A stretch of 64,000 bases of DNA from Felis catus (lineage: Eukaryota): contig NC_058368.1 in the NCBI RefSeq assembly GCF_018350175.1, positions 2,418,001 through 2,482,000 on the forward strand, read 5' to 3'. A program made the position numbers and the translations under genes. Numbering within the stretch: position 1 is the first letter of the stretch; each line of letters begins with the position of its first letter. Of this stretch, positions 38,231-52,223 are shown one piece after another. A model generated the notes under the pieces. That model worked only from the letters and a program-made list of their open reading frames with translations, had not been told where the DNA came from and searched no databases.

Positions 38231-38484
38231 ATCTAAAATGTCAGCTCCAGGAGAGCAGTGCATTTTTCCTGATTTGTGTAACCTTTCTATTCTTGGTGCC
38301 CAGAGCCGTACCTACCACCTAGCAGACTTCAATCACTACTTATTAATTCAATGGATAGATGAATGAACGAATAGTACTTTAGTCATTTTTATTATAATAA
38401 GAAAAACAAGGATTTTCTCAGTGGGTTTTGGGGTTTCCGTCTTGTGATTAACAAATCTCACAAGGACCTCATGAGCATTTATCT

Positions 38485-38694
38485 TTTTTTTTTTTAACGT
38501 TTATTTATTTTTGAGACAGAGACAGAACATGAATGGGGGAGGGGCAGAGAGAGAGGGAGACACAGAATCGGAAGTGGGCTCCAGGCTCTGAGCCGTCAGC
38601 CCAGAGCCCAACGCAGGGCTCGAACTCACGGACCGCAAGATCGTGACCTGAGCTGAAGTCGGACGCTTAACCGACTGAGCCACCCAGGCGCCCC
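38485..38694 (-). mobile_element. Can-SINE
   Basis: TSD tgagcatttatcttt. Confidence 0.95.
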
Positions 38695-38816
38695 TGAGCA
38701 TTTATCTTTAAATTTACTAAAATTTTGTTTAACTACTGGATTGAGTATTACTGAGAAAAATTGTCTATAGAGGCTTGTCTTCATGCTCTAGATAGTTTGT
38801 TTTGAAATCTCATATT

Positions 38817-38876
38817 GGCTCCATACCATCGATAACTAATGATCTCGGCCCCATACCATTGATAACTAATGATCTC
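38817..38876. repeat. 30-bp tandem duplication
   Basis: ggc(t/c)ccataccat(c/t)gataactaatgatctc twice. Confidence 0.92.
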
Positions 38877-39129
38877 CAGACACAATATACATTCAGGATT
38901 AGGTTCATCATTAACGCTAGTGAATATAAATCTGTTTTTCAAATAATTGCTAACTGCTTTGTTTTTATGGACTTTGTCTGATTAGATAGTTGTTTTCATT
39001 TCATAATACAGTTGGGAAGGAGAAGCATGAGCCCTGCTGTTTTTACTTCGTTCATTTTAGTGTTTTATGTTCTATTTTTGGCTTTTGCAGGCGTCTTTTA
39101 AAGCCAGTTATCCATTTTCATCAGGCTTA

Positions 39130-39352
39130 TTTATTTATTATTTGTTTGTTTGTTTATTTATTTAATTTATTTAGAGAGAGAGTGCGTGTGAGTGGGGGAG
39201 AGGAGCACAGGGAGAGAGAGAGAGAGAATCGTAGCCAGGCTTCATGCTCGGTGCAGAGCCTGATGCAGGGCTCGATCCCACGACACCGGCTTCATGACCT
39301 GAGCTGAAATCAAGAGTCTCAGGTTCATGTGACTGAGCTACCCAGGCACCCC
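39130..39352 (-). mobile_element. Can-SINE
   Basis: TSD caggcttattt. Confidence 0.9.
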
Positions 39353-39759
39353 AGGCTTATTTTTTATTAATGCGAGGTAATGTAATCTACCCCACCCAGA
39401 TGCACAGAAACTACACTACCTGACAATGTAGCAAAACCTGGTGAGCAGCTGTTGGCATCTGGCCCACTCTTTCAGGTCACAGAGCTCCTACTCTTTTGTC
39501 AGGGCACTTCATGTATTGTGATGTGAAGCCATTTTCTGTAGTGAGTATATGTTATTTACATGTGGGTATTACTGCATATACGTGTTGCTTATGTATGTGT
39601 TTTTTCTTTTTGTTGGATTACAATAACACATAGGAGTTGTAATATTTTGTTTGTGTGTCCTTCATTTTCCGTACATTCACATTTGACAATCACAGGTGTA
39701 GTACATTTTGGATCCAATCCAGTCTCCCGGCCTCGCATTCTCAATTGTGACACAGACAG

Positions 39760-40140
39760 TGTTATAAATCAGCCACATCTCGTTTTATTTTCCTCTGCCC
39801 AGGTACACAGGAAGTTGCATTTCCCAGCTTCCCTTGCAGCAAGGTGTGGTCATGTCGTCATGTCTGGCCAATGGTGTGTAAGTAAGGAGAGTTCATTCTG
39901 AGCTAAGGGAGTTGAGAGTCAGTGTACCTTCTTCCATGCCCTGCGTGGATCACCCTCTGCAGTGGTCATGGAGGCCATGCGTTCCAGGTGGTACAGCTAA
40001 GAGAGACATCCCCTGTTGGAGGAGAGTGGGCCGGGAGAAACCCACAACCTACGTGTGGCTTTGACTTGTTTTGTGTGAAGCGACCTAGACTTTGTGCTTG
40101 GATGTTAGGATAGCTGGCATGAATTGCCCTGCGTGACACA
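39760..40140 (+). mobile_element. Ancient MaLR/ERVL LTR
   Basis: catttcccagcttcccttgcagcaaggtgtggtcatgt hallmark; TG...CA ends. Confidence 0.65.
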
Positions 40141-40304
40141 CAGGTTCTCTGTTAATGTTCCCTATCTGAAATCTCCAGGGCACCTCTCAGTTACTTCTTG
40201 TCTTTGGTTGACATCACTGCGAAGAATATAGCAAAATGAAACTCACGCTTATATTGTTTAAAGAGTATGGAAGTTGTAACCCACTAAGTCACATTGTCTC
40301 TCTC

Positions 40305-40524
40305 TTTTTTTTTTTTTTTTTAACGTTTATTTATTTTTGAGACAGAGAGAGACAGAGCATGAACAGGGGAGGAGCAGAGAGAGAGGGAGACACAGAATCT
40401 GAAACAGACTCCAGGCTCTGAGCTGTCAGCACAGAGCCTGACGCGGGGCTCAAACTCACGGACCGCGAGATCATGACCTGAGCCGAAGTCGGACGCTTAA
40501 CCGACCAAGCCACCCAGGCGCCCC
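40305..40524 (-). mobile_element. Can-SINE
   Basis: TSD acattgtctctct. Confidence 0.95.
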
Positions 40525-41826
40525 ACATTGTCTCTCTTAAAGAGAATCCAGAGGGGAAATTTCTGTTAGTTCCAGCAGTAAGAAAAGACCTCTCACCAGT
40601 GCGCCTGGTCTTTTTTTTTTTTTTTTTTTTATCTCACAGACACTCTGTGTCTGGTAACCGGTGCTGTGTTCTTCAGCACCAACTTCGTGACTTGGTGTGG
40701 TGACTGTATATATTATTCTGCTATATGTCATTCAGTTTTGTGACATACATTATCCTGGTTTTCTACCTTTATTTTCCCGTGTCACCATACTTTCTTGGTA
40801 TAACGTAGAAATAAATCCCTGTTTTAATGTTTCGTTACATGCCTCAAACATTTTTTTGGTAGAGAAACTGCTATGAATACATTTTAAAATATGTAGACTT
40901 TTACTGTTATCTGCTTCTATTTTTTACCTGAATATAAATTCCTTAAGAGTTTGTAACACGTCTTCTAGATTTTTGGTAGTTCTCCAGTAACATTTAATAA
41001 ATATTTCTTGGTTGATTAATTAATTAAGTTATCAGTATATGTGTTGATTTAAAAGTGTTATAAGTTTAAAATGAATTAGATGTGACAGTGGCACAGAAGT
41101 TGGGAAAAGGGACATTATACTAAATGAGATCAAGACATAAACTGTAGGTATATCTGTATGGTACACATGACTTTAGTTACATTTATGCCCTTGTACATTT
41201 CAGTTCAAGTGATCTCAGTGTGCATTGCACTGTTTTTGCAAGAACCGTTTCACTCCTCACTCAAATGTAGATGTCAAATAACTTATGATTTAGGCAGAAA
41301 TATAGTGTTTGCAAATTTCATTAAAAGTCTTTCAGTGAAGTCAAAGGAGAAAGGTAGCGAGGGTAGCACACAGGACATTTTTTGTTAACATGAGAATTGT
41401 TTAAGTATATTTCCCCTAGTACAGACATCCAAACTGTCACGGCTGCAGTACAACAGATACTGCAATACGTGATTTTTTTCAAAGATGACAGCAATGATGA
41501 ATTAGGTGTCCTTGTGAGTGAAGATAAGGTGCCGGCCGCAGCGGTATCGGCCAGTGTCAGGTGGGACGGCGGCTGTGCTGTGCTAAAAGCAAAGGCCCGG
41601 CAGTGCAGACAGAAGGCTGCACACTTCCACGGTTCCACACTTGCCTAGATGCCTGTGATGTCTGTGATGTTCCCCTGGGATAGACTTTGAAAAATGACTG
41701 TGGCTCCGGGTCCTTATTAACTGGGAACTCCTCAAAGAACTCTCTGCAGCTTCAGAAAGATATGCTGTGTTTGAAAGCATGTTTTTTTTATGGGTGAATT
41801 ATCAGAAAACAAATATACATGCTGTG

Positions 41827-41828
<2 letters not shown>

Positions 41829-41864
<36 letters not shown>
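41829..41864. repeat. (GT)n microsatellite
   Basis: Seen directly. Confidence 0.95.
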
Positions 41865-41869
<5 letters not shown>

Positions 41870-44544
41870 TTTGCTTCTTCGTGAACAAATGTTTGAATTT
41901 GTATAAAGAATCTTTCAGAATATGATACTGTGATATGTCTAGAGGGTGTAAAATTTAGGAATAAAGTATTGCTAATCCATATGTAATACAGTATATAAAG
42001 TATTAAATTATATAGTGTAGATCTGAAGCATTCTTGGAAAAAGAAAAAAAAGAAGGTAGTCCTTTGTTAAAATTTTATAGTGCTTCTCTCTTTGTGAAGC
42101 CTTATCAAAGTTCTAAATCCTTTTTCCAGCATGTGTGAGACTCTTCAAAAATACTTTCCTCAGAGATCAAAATTCTAAATTTCAGATTGGGTTAGATACA
42201 TTTTATATTTTGTCCTGCAGCTGTTGGAGCTATAACGGAGTAAAATGAGAATTGCCTTTTAGGGCGTATTTCTCAACAGAGCAGTTTTGAAAATGAAACC
42301 AAATCTCCATGCTCCACTTGACATTGGAATTTAAAGTTATTTTTACGGGCTCCATTGCAGTCACTATGTGAAACATTTAAAGGCATTAGAATATAGTAAG
42401 TTATAGTTAAGACAATTTTCTTCCAACATCTTGTTCAGTAAATAAAAAGCAAGAATACAAATTATATCTTGCTATCACGTTTCGCAGTTTTTCATATTTA
42501 CGCTTTGACCAAATAGCACATTTTCTTGTGTAAAATGTTTCCTCCCTTTTAATTATAGCCAGATTTGCTGCCTCGGCAGGTAGAGCTTTTATTAACTTGA
42601 AAGTATGTTTGGTTTAAGTAGGGGATGTGGGAGCAAACCCTTCAAGGAAAATCACATTTTCTCTGAAATGTGGTATGGTATCTAAATATAGCCCTAAGTC
42701 TCTAGAACATTGAGGCGCTGGAAATTTTTCAGGTATCCCTACTGGGGACATATCTGCTTTCGATTTTACAAAGTAGTGACTGTAAGAAGTCACTGGAGCT
42801 GAACAGAAAAAAAAAAAGCCCTCAAACTCATAGTAAAGCCCACGAAAGAAATAACCCAAACAAAAGCGTGAGCAAAGGAAGAAATGTGTCCATCCTCCTT
42901 TTTGAATGTGACTGGAAAGGCCTTTGACCCTAGGTGGATGACTTTTGTTTTTGTCTCATTCAACTTCCTCCTTCCATTACAGCCCTTGCAAGTAGCAAGA
43001 GTGTCCTTCCTGGAGGGCCTTGTCCCAAGCTAACTGCCAGCTAATCCCTGGTAACATATATGTGAAAGGCTTCTTTCAGAACAGAGGGACTAGCTGTCCC
43101 TCATCTCCGCTGACTTTGAGGAATCAGGCTCAAACTACAGCTTTAAGGATGGAAGGGTTTAGGTTCGTTTACAGTGAAGGCTGGTAACTATCAGTTCCAT
43201 GGCAATTCCGGAAGTCTTTTAAAATAAGAGAATTCCTCGTGTGTCTGAGACAGCTTAAATCTTGATGTTAATCTGGGAGGCACTGAATTAGCTCAAGAGC
43301 AAATTCTGGGTAACCGTATCATGGTTGAATGTGTGATTCCAGTATTAGTCTTTTTTATATATACAAAAACTTATTTGAGGTCTGATCATTACTCATTTGT
43401 GAAATTCTAACGATTTCAGTTTGGGAGCCACTAGTAGAAAACCTTCATTTTATGTATTTAAATGAATAAGTAATGAATAAAACAGAAACAAAATAATTGA
43501 AACCTAACAAAATTGATGGCTTGCCCAAAGTTACATCACAAGATGATGACAAAGTCAAGAAGAGAAAATTCAGATTTTTCTGGTCTTAATTGAACGCTCT
43601 TTCTATAACAACAGTATACTACTCTCAAGTGTAAATTGTGATAGTCAATTGACAAGTTTTTCCCAAATAATTTAAATATCCCATAAAATATAATACCAGC
43701 TGAAGACCAGTCTGTTACCATCTTTCCTAGCAAGCACGAAAATTAATTGGAATCGGTGTGGCCTATGCTGAATAGTTTAGATCAGTCGTTTTGGAGGCTG
43801 TAATGTGTGAACAAATGAGCCAGGCGTCTCATTACCATGCAGGTTGGGTTCCATAGTAATGAGGTGGGCTTGCATTTCTAACAAGCTCCCAAGAGATCCT
43901 GATGTGGCAGCTGAGATTCAGACTAGGAATGGGAGACCCTTAGTGTCCTAAGAAGGGCATGGTTTCTGTCCTTAGAGAGCTTGCGCTTAAGACCCCAGGT
44001 GAAAAAAATAAGGAACAGAAGACAACAAATAAATACGTCTTGAATATCTGGTTTTTAAATATGCATATTAGTTTTTGTGAATGTTAGATTTTTCCAATTA
44101 GAGGAAAGCCCCGCCCCCCCCTTTCAGTCCCTTTTTTGCTTTTTTATACCATGCAGAAAACCACACTCAGTACATAGTGGGTGTTAAGAAATGCCAAGTG
44201 ACGGTCATTATCATAGCTGGCTGGAAATAGCAGATGAAAATTCCAGGTGGAACTGGATCATTCAGTCTTGTGATAAAATTCTTTTCGGCGATGGATTATC
44301 AGAATGGCTGGATGATGGCTTTCTTTGCAACTTCATTAATTCCCCCAATACTTGCCACTTCATAGGCAAAGCAGGGGCAGGCAGTCTCTTCAATGCCTGG
44401 GAACATTCTGCAGGTTTCAAGGCTGATGGACAGAGTGGATGTAGATGGCTGGCTATTAACTCTTTCCCCCTAGACCAGAGTTTGAGGGTGAGGCAGGGGG
44501 TGATGGAAGCAATGAAAAAGACTGGGGTTTCCTCAAAAATAGTC

Positions 44545-44722
44545 TAGAGCTCTGCTAGCCCATACAGTAGATGCTAGCCCCTTGTGGCTATTGAAATGAA
44601 CTAAAATTAAGTAAAACACTGAAACGCAGTTCTGTAGTTGCACTAGATACATTTGAAGCGTGCATCGGATAGCAGTGCAGACACAGAACGTTTTCATGTT
44701 TGTGGAAAGTTCTATTGGCTAT
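44545..44722. mobile_element. MER3/MER33-like hAT element
   Basis: ctagccccttgtggctattgaaatg...gaaagttctattgg. Confidence 0.75.
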
Positions 44723-45247
44723 AAGGGGCAAAAAAGGAAGGAAAACTTGATTTTTGAGTGAAGGCTGGAAGTTATTGAAGAAATATATAATTAGACAGTG
44801 ATAGCTTGATACAAGCATTCAGACTGAAGGAGAAGAAGAATGGGCTGGGGCAGGTTTAATTGGGGGGGGCAGGGAAAAGAAAGATAAATAAAATTAGGTG
44901 CTCACATCATAACCAATTCCTTTGACTCATTACCTTTTTTTTTTTTTTTAATAAGCAGCGTGTGCATACCACATTACTTTACAGTGTCATCCCAGAACCC
45001 ATCCACCTAGGAAAACACTTATTTGCTACAGCGCGTGGTGGTTTCTGCAGTGCTTTATATATATTTTATGTTATGCGAACTACTCTTGATTTTGTGTCTC
45101 CCCAGTGGTACGTGGGCATTCTTGTGTTAGCTCGGTTTGTGAAAGTGCTCAGATATCAGGCTCAGATGCCCTGCTTTTATGTCTTAACAGCCTTGTCTAG
45201 TTATTCTGTTTTCATTCATTCATTCATTCATTCATTCAACAAGTATG

Positions 45248-45435
45248 TTTTTAAATGTCTATTTATTTCTGAGAGGGGCGGGAGGAAAGAGAGGGGGCAG
45301 ATGGAGAATCCCAGGCAGGCTCCGCACCGTCAGCGCAGAGCCCAACATGGAGCTCAGACTCACCAACCGTGAGATCATGACCTGAGCCGAAATCAAGGGT
45401 CGGACGCCTAACCAACTGAGCCACCCAGGCGCCCC
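45248..45435 (-). mobile_element. Can-SINE inserted into an L2 tail
   Basis: TSD tcaacaagtat; flanked by (TTCA)n and tttattaaacatctactaggtgccagg. Confidence 0.93.
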
Positions 45436-45724
45436 TCAACAAGTATTTATTAAACATCTACTAGGTGCCAGGCATTTGTGATTCTTAGGCTTTTTTCTCT
45501 TTTTCAGTGACAGCTTCTTTCTTCTGGTTGAGAATTTAAGCATCATAAAATGAAACTAACCAGGCTGAACTTCATATTACAAAATATTTTCTAAGTAGAG
45601 CAAAACACATTGTTTAGCAATCTGGGCCAAATGGATGAACTTCTGTCTTAGGAGGAGAGAACTTTTAATAGTATTTCTTCTCTGGTCTTAAGATCCTCTC
45701 TGATTACTCGATAGCCTTAGTCCC

Positions 45725-46172
45725 TGTATTTGCTTCTTGGGGCTGCCATAACAAATTATCACTGATGGAGTGACTCACAACAACAGAAATGTATTCCGTT
45801 ACAGATCTGGAGGCGAGAAGGCTGAAATCAAGGTGTCAGTAGGGCCGTGCTCCCTCTAGGGAAGCATTCGTTTTGGCCTCTTCCCACCTTCTGGTGCTTG
45901 CTGGTAATCCCTGGTGTTCCTCAGCATGCAGCCGCCTCCATCACCATGTGGCTCTTTCTTCTGTGTGTGTCAGTGCCTCTGTGTCCCCATCTCCTTCTCC
46001 TTTCTGCTCTAAAGACACTACTCTCTAGACCAGGGTCCACTTTAGCCCCCTATGACCTCGTCATAACTTGATTATGTCCACAAAGACTCTGTGTCCAAGT
46101 AAGGTCATGGTCACCTGAATTGGGCATTATGACTGGAACATTTTTTTGGAGGATACAGTTCAACCCACAACA
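45725..46172 (-). mobile_element. MLT1-type solo LTR
   Basis: tgtatt...ggggctgccataacaaattatcac...gatacagttcaacccacaaca. Confidence 0.88.
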
Positions 46173-46999
46173 GCCGCTTTGAGTACATATGCACATGCAT
46201 ATATATGCAGGTCATTGATTGTAGTCCCAAGAAAAGTAGCAAGGAAGCAGGACTACAAGGAGAGCCCGGGGTTCAACAAGAGAAGAAATAATATTACTCT
46301 GACCCTTGGTCCTTACAGCTTCTTCAGGGAGCGGATGGGACGAGCCGTGAGGAAGATCAAAGACAACCCGGGGCCAGAGGGCAGAGTGATGAGCACACTG
46401 GACACCAAACGGATTATAAATCACTTCTAGTCCTTTTAAGTTACTTCTGCCTTTTATTCTCTCCTACCACTCTTCCTTCCACTTGCCTCTTTTCTCTCTC
46501 CCCCCACCCTTCCATTTTCCGCTCAATCTCTCTGTCATCCCTTTCCTTTGAGCGCCAAAGTGAAGAAGAAATATATTATGTGATCAAAGAACTTCCAGAG
46601 GACGCTTGCATATTCCCTGTTAGGTTGTAGGTGCTTTATGAAATTTTATCTTTTACGAACAAAACAACCTAAACCTAGCATCCTGAGGACAAACGATAGG
46701 GCAGGTTTTGTAAATTTCTTTTGCTTGATATCAACCAAATTTTGGTTGAATCCATTTTCTAAAATCCTTTGTCCTATTTTATTAATTCCCAGGGCACACA
46801 GTGGAAGCATTAACAGCATCTTGTTAATCAGTATATACACATCAAAACAAATTAAGGAAACAGGAAGGATATCTCTTAACATTTCTTAAAGAGCTGACTC
46901 ATGTTATAGTTTAGTCTACTCTGATTTTCATGAGACTTTTGTTCATTCTTATTGCAAATATAAAGTACCCACCATGAACAAAGAATTTTGCTCAAATTG

Positions 47000-47445
47000 T
47001 AAATGGTGCAGAAATAAATAGGACACAGTCCCTGTTTTCAAGAAGTTCCCAGTTTGGTGGGAGAAAGATTCCTATATACGTGACTCTGATAGAAGGTAAA
47101 ACGTGATGAATGCTGCAGACAGGTTCCAAGTATTTGGGGAAAGAGGGATTAATTATAACCGGGAGTGTTCTTAGAAGGGGTAGTGGAGTTTGCAGTGGGA
47201 ATTCAAGAATGGAGAGCGTTGTCAACGAGCACCTATTGCTGAAAGAATACTTGAGCAAAGGTGTTGAGGTAGGACAGGGCAGGGTATGTTCTGAGAGGAC
47301 ACCAACAACTATAGGGTATGGTTAAAGGGAAGCGAAGTAGAAAGTAAAGCTGAAAAGAAGTTTAAAGATCCAAAAGTGAAGGATTCCCTTTGAATTTTAG
47401 ATGGAAGGGTTTGGACTTCATTCTGTGTTTAATGGAGAATCCTCA
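47000..47445 (-). mobile_element. L2 remnant
   Basis: ggacacagtccctgttttcaagaagttcccag...gtttggacttcattctg. Confidence 0.55.
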
Positions 47446-47448
47446 CTC

Positions 47449-47660
47449 GGGGCGCCTGGGTGGCTCAGTCGGTTGAGCGTCCGACTTCGGCTCAGGTCAT
47501 GATCTCAGTCTGTGAGTTCAAGCCCCGCATCGGGCTCCGTGCTGACAGCTCAGAGCCTGGAGCCCGTTTCGGATTCTGTGTCTCCCTCTCTCTCTGACCC
47601 TCCCCCATTCATGCTCTATCTCTCTCTGTCTCAAAAATAAATAAACGTTAATAAAAAAAA
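47449..47660 (+). mobile_element. Can-SINE
   Basis: TSD tttaatggagaatc. Confidence 0.95.
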
Positions 47661-49933
47661 ATTTTAATGGAGAATCATCACAGTTTCTCATTGGAAGACT
47701 GAAAGATCAGTGAGGAAGTTACTGAAACAGTGTAGAAGTCAGAGCACAAAAGATGCCACCAAGGGAAGGAGCAGAGGATATGGAGAACAGGAGGATTAGA
47801 AGCCCGAGCTAGAAGCAGAGTCAAGAGGATGCTGCAGATGAGGAAGAACACGGAACAGTTGGAATGTTGGTGGTGCCACGAAAGAGGCACGTTTACACAG
47901 GGAGGAGGGATGTGGTGAGGAAGGGAGTCAACGTTCTGTTCTGGTCTTGTGGTAATTTTGAAACATTGATGTTGGAAAGTACAGCACATAGTGAGAATGC
48001 ATGTTTGGAGTTTTGGAGAGCAGTCAGAGCGAATATTCTTGAGCTCAGGGATGACTGTTATTTACTGGAGAATGGATTTTAGGGAGAAATCTAGAAAAGC
48101 CCTCATAATACCATAGAAATACCATGTACCCACACTGAAAGTACATTTATCATATTGGAGAAATACTTAGAAACAAAAGCATTAGCATTTATCAGACATA
48201 ACTGTGTCTAAAGAGGAAAAAATGTACAAAGGAGAAAAACACTAAGTGTCTTATCACTAAGTGACAAAAAAAGGCAGGGATTCAAGGGGGGAAAAGGGCC
48301 TAATCTCAAGAATCGTTTGTTGATTGAAGGGAGTCTTGTTATTGACGGGTTTTATATTTTATAATGGATCATTGAAATGTTGTGGAATATACTTACATAA
48401 AAGTGTTATCATCCTAATGTTCGGATACAGCAGTCAGAATAGAGAGCTGTGCGGGTAGTCAGTTAACGGAAAATGATTTTGTCCTCTATGCTTAAGTCCT
48501 TCTAGTCACTTAGGAGGCATTTCTAGTTTTATTTAACTTTATTTCCTCACTTTATTTCCCTACCACAATGGAACAGGCTTCCTCAGGAGCCCTTAGACTT
48601 CCCACTCAGGAAGTGCTCAAGGAAAGTATGATTGACCAGATATCTGTTGAGATATTTCAAAAGTCATTTTTTCTTTGGGAGGAAAGTTGGCCTAACTGTC
48701 ACCCAAAACCGTATGAGCTCAAGATTAGGAGTTAAAGATTGGTTAGGCATTGCCGGGTTAGAGGCTAGTCATTACCTTCTGGTTCCAACAACATTCCTGT
48801 TGTTGATTCTTTTGGAACCCAAAGTAGAAAGGATCACAGGAGATTGTAAATAATCTTAGTATCTTTTATCTTTCCTTTATGATTCTTATTTTCTAAACTT
48901 TTAACATTTTTAGTTCCTAGGTAGGGAGAGTAGGAATGGAAACGTGTCTTATGGGGTGTTCTGTTTGAATTTTGAAGGCAGCCACAAAGAGAAGCTTTAT
49001 TTTAAAATAATATCTTAAAAATTTTATTTCAAGTCAATTCTTGGAGTTTAAATGGAAAAATTACCAAGTATGTTTATGTTGTTATAGTTAAAGGTTTACA
49101 ATTAATACAAAATACCTTAAAGTTTTCAATTGACTGTAACACTGACAATTTTGTATATACATAAGAGATGCATTTCATTATTTAACTTGTTTTTTCACTT
49201 GAATCTTCCTCTCTTTTCCATGCTTGGAATATGTGCTTATGCTAACTATGATTACAAAATTAGTCCAATTAAGTATGGCGGAAAATGAAAACAGTCTTTG
49301 TAAATCTTACATAAAGACAAAGATAAAATACAACCGCTTAAGTATCGTCTCTTATTCCATGAGTGTTTTTGGAACCAAATTGTGGTTCTATCATTTGGTA
49401 GTCTTAAAGCCAATCTTAATCCAATTTCTAGTCCCATTAGCAAGAGTCATATTCACATATATTTTTTCAACAATAGATGGCACTAGCATACAAGTATCTC
49501 ATGAGTATTCAACCCAACAGAAATGTTACTAGGTGGGAGAGAGATAAAAGATACTCAGGATGCCTGAAGACCAGGAATGCAGTTCGGATGAACACAGATA
49601 TATCGGGGAGCCACGTGAGATACAAGCAGTTCTTGAGCAGGAAAGCACTTCCAAACATGAACATAAGTGCCAAAACATTTGGGGTAGGCTGGTCTCTTGT
49701 TGAGGAGAACAATAAAAACCAGCTCTCTTGGAGAATGTCTAACCAGAAAATCTACCTAATTTCTCAAAATAAATTCTAAAGAATGAAGGAAACCAAGGAT
49801 TGCATTTGCACACCCCACTGCAACCCTAGCAGAAGTAGAAGTATAGAAGAATGTGAAGAAGAAAAAGGAGACTTTAGAAATGGGATGATGACTGAATGCC
49901 ATAGGTATTTGGAACTCCAGAAAAAAGTGCTAT

Positions 49934-50153
49934 GGGGGCACCTGGGTGGCTCAGTCGGTTGAGCATCCGACTTCAGCTCAGGTCATGATCTCGCATTTGT
50001 GAGTTCGAGCCCCGCGTCGGGCTCTGTGCTGACAGCTCAGAGCCTGGAGCCTGCTTCGGATTCTGTGTCCCCCGCCCTCTCCGCCCCACCCCTGCTTGTG
50101 CTCTGTCTCTCTCTGTCTTTCAAAAATGAATAAACATAAAAAAAATTAAAAAG
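49934..50153 (+). mobile_element. Can-SINE
   Basis: TSD aaaaaagtgctatg. Confidence 0.95.
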
Positions 50154-50300
50154 AAAAAAGTGCTATGTACTCTCTGCCTATTTCTTCCTAAAAAGTATAA
50201 AAAGTATGATGACCGCATAGATGTCTAAGAAAATGTCCTCTGGGGAGAAAAATACCAGTAAAGGTGATAAACTGACCCTGATTATGATGCAATACTTGTA

Positions 50301-50602
50301 CAGTTGACCTTTGAACTATGCAGGGGTTAGGGGCACCAGCCCCTGCACAGTCAAAAATCCGTGTATCGTTTTGGATTCCCCCCAAATTTAACTACTAATA
50401 GCCTACTTTTGACGAGAAGCCTTATTGATCAATAGTCAACACATATTTTGTATATGTATTATATACTGTATTACAATAAACTAGGGAAAAGAAAATGTTA
50501 TTAAGAAAAGCATAAGGAAGAAAAAATACATTTACAGTACTGTACTGTATTCATCGGGAAAAATCCATGTATAAGTGGACCTGCACCGTTCAAACTCAAC
50601 TG
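50301..50602. mobile_element. Tigger2-derived non-autonomous element (Tigger2a-like)
   Basis: TA|cagttga...tcaactg|TA termini; internal ggggttaggggcacc and aagtggacctgcaccgttcaaac. Confidence 0.85.
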
Positions 50603-51393
50603 TAATCACATTACAGTTTTCCATTTGCAAAGCTGGCATACATGAAACTTTACTTGTATTGAATTCGACTTAAAAACCATTGCAATTTGAGTGTTTGTTC
50701 CCAGAATGGTCAAACAAACACTTCTTGCTAAATAAGCTAAACTTAATTTTATACTACCACATAAAAATTAATTGCAATTAAGGCTTTTCTTTAAGTTAAA
50801 TTCTGTATTAGAATATACGAGCACAACAATGGGTTTACATATTACCTCTGGGTCTCCTTTTCCTTACTGGTAAAATGTAAGGGCTAGATTATTTTTAATA
50901 TTCTTCTACTGTTCTATGATATTGCATACAAGAATGATATATGACTTAGAGCAAGATTTAAAGAAATATAAACACTCAACTTAAAACTAAATATTTATTG
51001 TTAATGCTTTAATAAAGTTAATCCCTTACATTTTTTCCTTATAAGTTGACAAATTTATTTTGAATCTTTCCTAATGTCAAATATCTACAGGCTGTAGTAT
51101 AGTCCAGGTTTTCCTGGATTTCCGTGGTCTTTGGAGTAAACCTATATTTCTTTGACTATATTTGCATTATCTAATATCTTCTGCTAATAAAACTTTTCTC
51201 ATCTACTTTTCCTGCTTTACTACTAAAGTCATGAATATGTTTAAAATTATAATTTGTAAAAATACTTAAGATGAACAATTCTCTTTAGTAATTCAATAAG
51301 TTTATAACCTACCTTTGACACTCCTCAATGGTGCAAGCTACTTTGGAAGATGAAGCGTTAAAAGCGTTAAAAAGGAAATTTAAAAAGCCGAAA

Positions 51394-51554
51394 GCACCTG
51401 GTGACTCGGTTAAACATCTGACGTTGGCTCAGGTTGTGATCTCATGGTCCATGAATTCGAGCCCCGCGTCGGGCTCTGTGTTGACAGCTCAGAGCTTGGA
51501 GCTTGCTTTGGATTCTGTGTCTCCCTTTCTCTCTCTGCCCCTCCCCCACTCATG

Positions 51555-51603
<49 letters not shown>

Positions 51604-51642
51604 TCAAAAATAAATAAACATTAAAAAAATTATTAAAAAAAA
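51394..51642 (+). mobile_element. Can-SINE containing a (GT)n microsatellite at about 51558-51602
   Basis: SINE body with (TG)n in the usual (CT)n region. Confidence 0.93.
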
Positions 51643-52223
51643 AGCCAAGCTCTTGCCACTCATATAACAAATATGGTGGTGTTAAGAACGAGGTCAAGTT
51701 CTACTGGTTTGTAAAATCTTTCCTTAAATTCCTAGCTACTCAGCTTGACTGTTGTTCTGTAATTGTCATCTTCATATATGTATCTCTCTGAGTGGATCCT
51801 AAGGTAATTAATTGAAACCAAATTATTTTCTTGTGTATTTCACTGATAATTTTCTTTTGCTATTTTCTCTCTCTTTTTTTTCTCCTTGATTTTCTATTTG
51901 TCTGATGTCACATATGCTAGACTGATTCTGATCCTGTTTAGAGTTTATCATGCGTAGTTCAGTAGACTTTTGATTCCAATAAAGTTGTGGTTTTCTTCAT
52001 CATGGATTTTGCTACCATTACTCCATTTGGTTTCTTCCAGAACTTTATTGTGATTTCTTATCTGCTGATGGACTCTTGGTCTCATTATTATGTAGGTTTA
52101 CATTTTAGCAGAGTCTCAGAGTGGAGAGAAGGTAAATACGTATGTGTTATCTGTCTTCTATGAGTAGAGTTAAAAGTACTTTTATGGTTAATTTGGTTAG
52201 GACTTAAAGACATTAACTTAGAT

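Noticed and set aside
48781..48819. Small hairpin ggttccaacaaca...tgttgttg...ttggaacc as a miRNA or terminator
   Set aside because: Stems of 8 bp are too short for a pre-miRNA and are compatible with chance.
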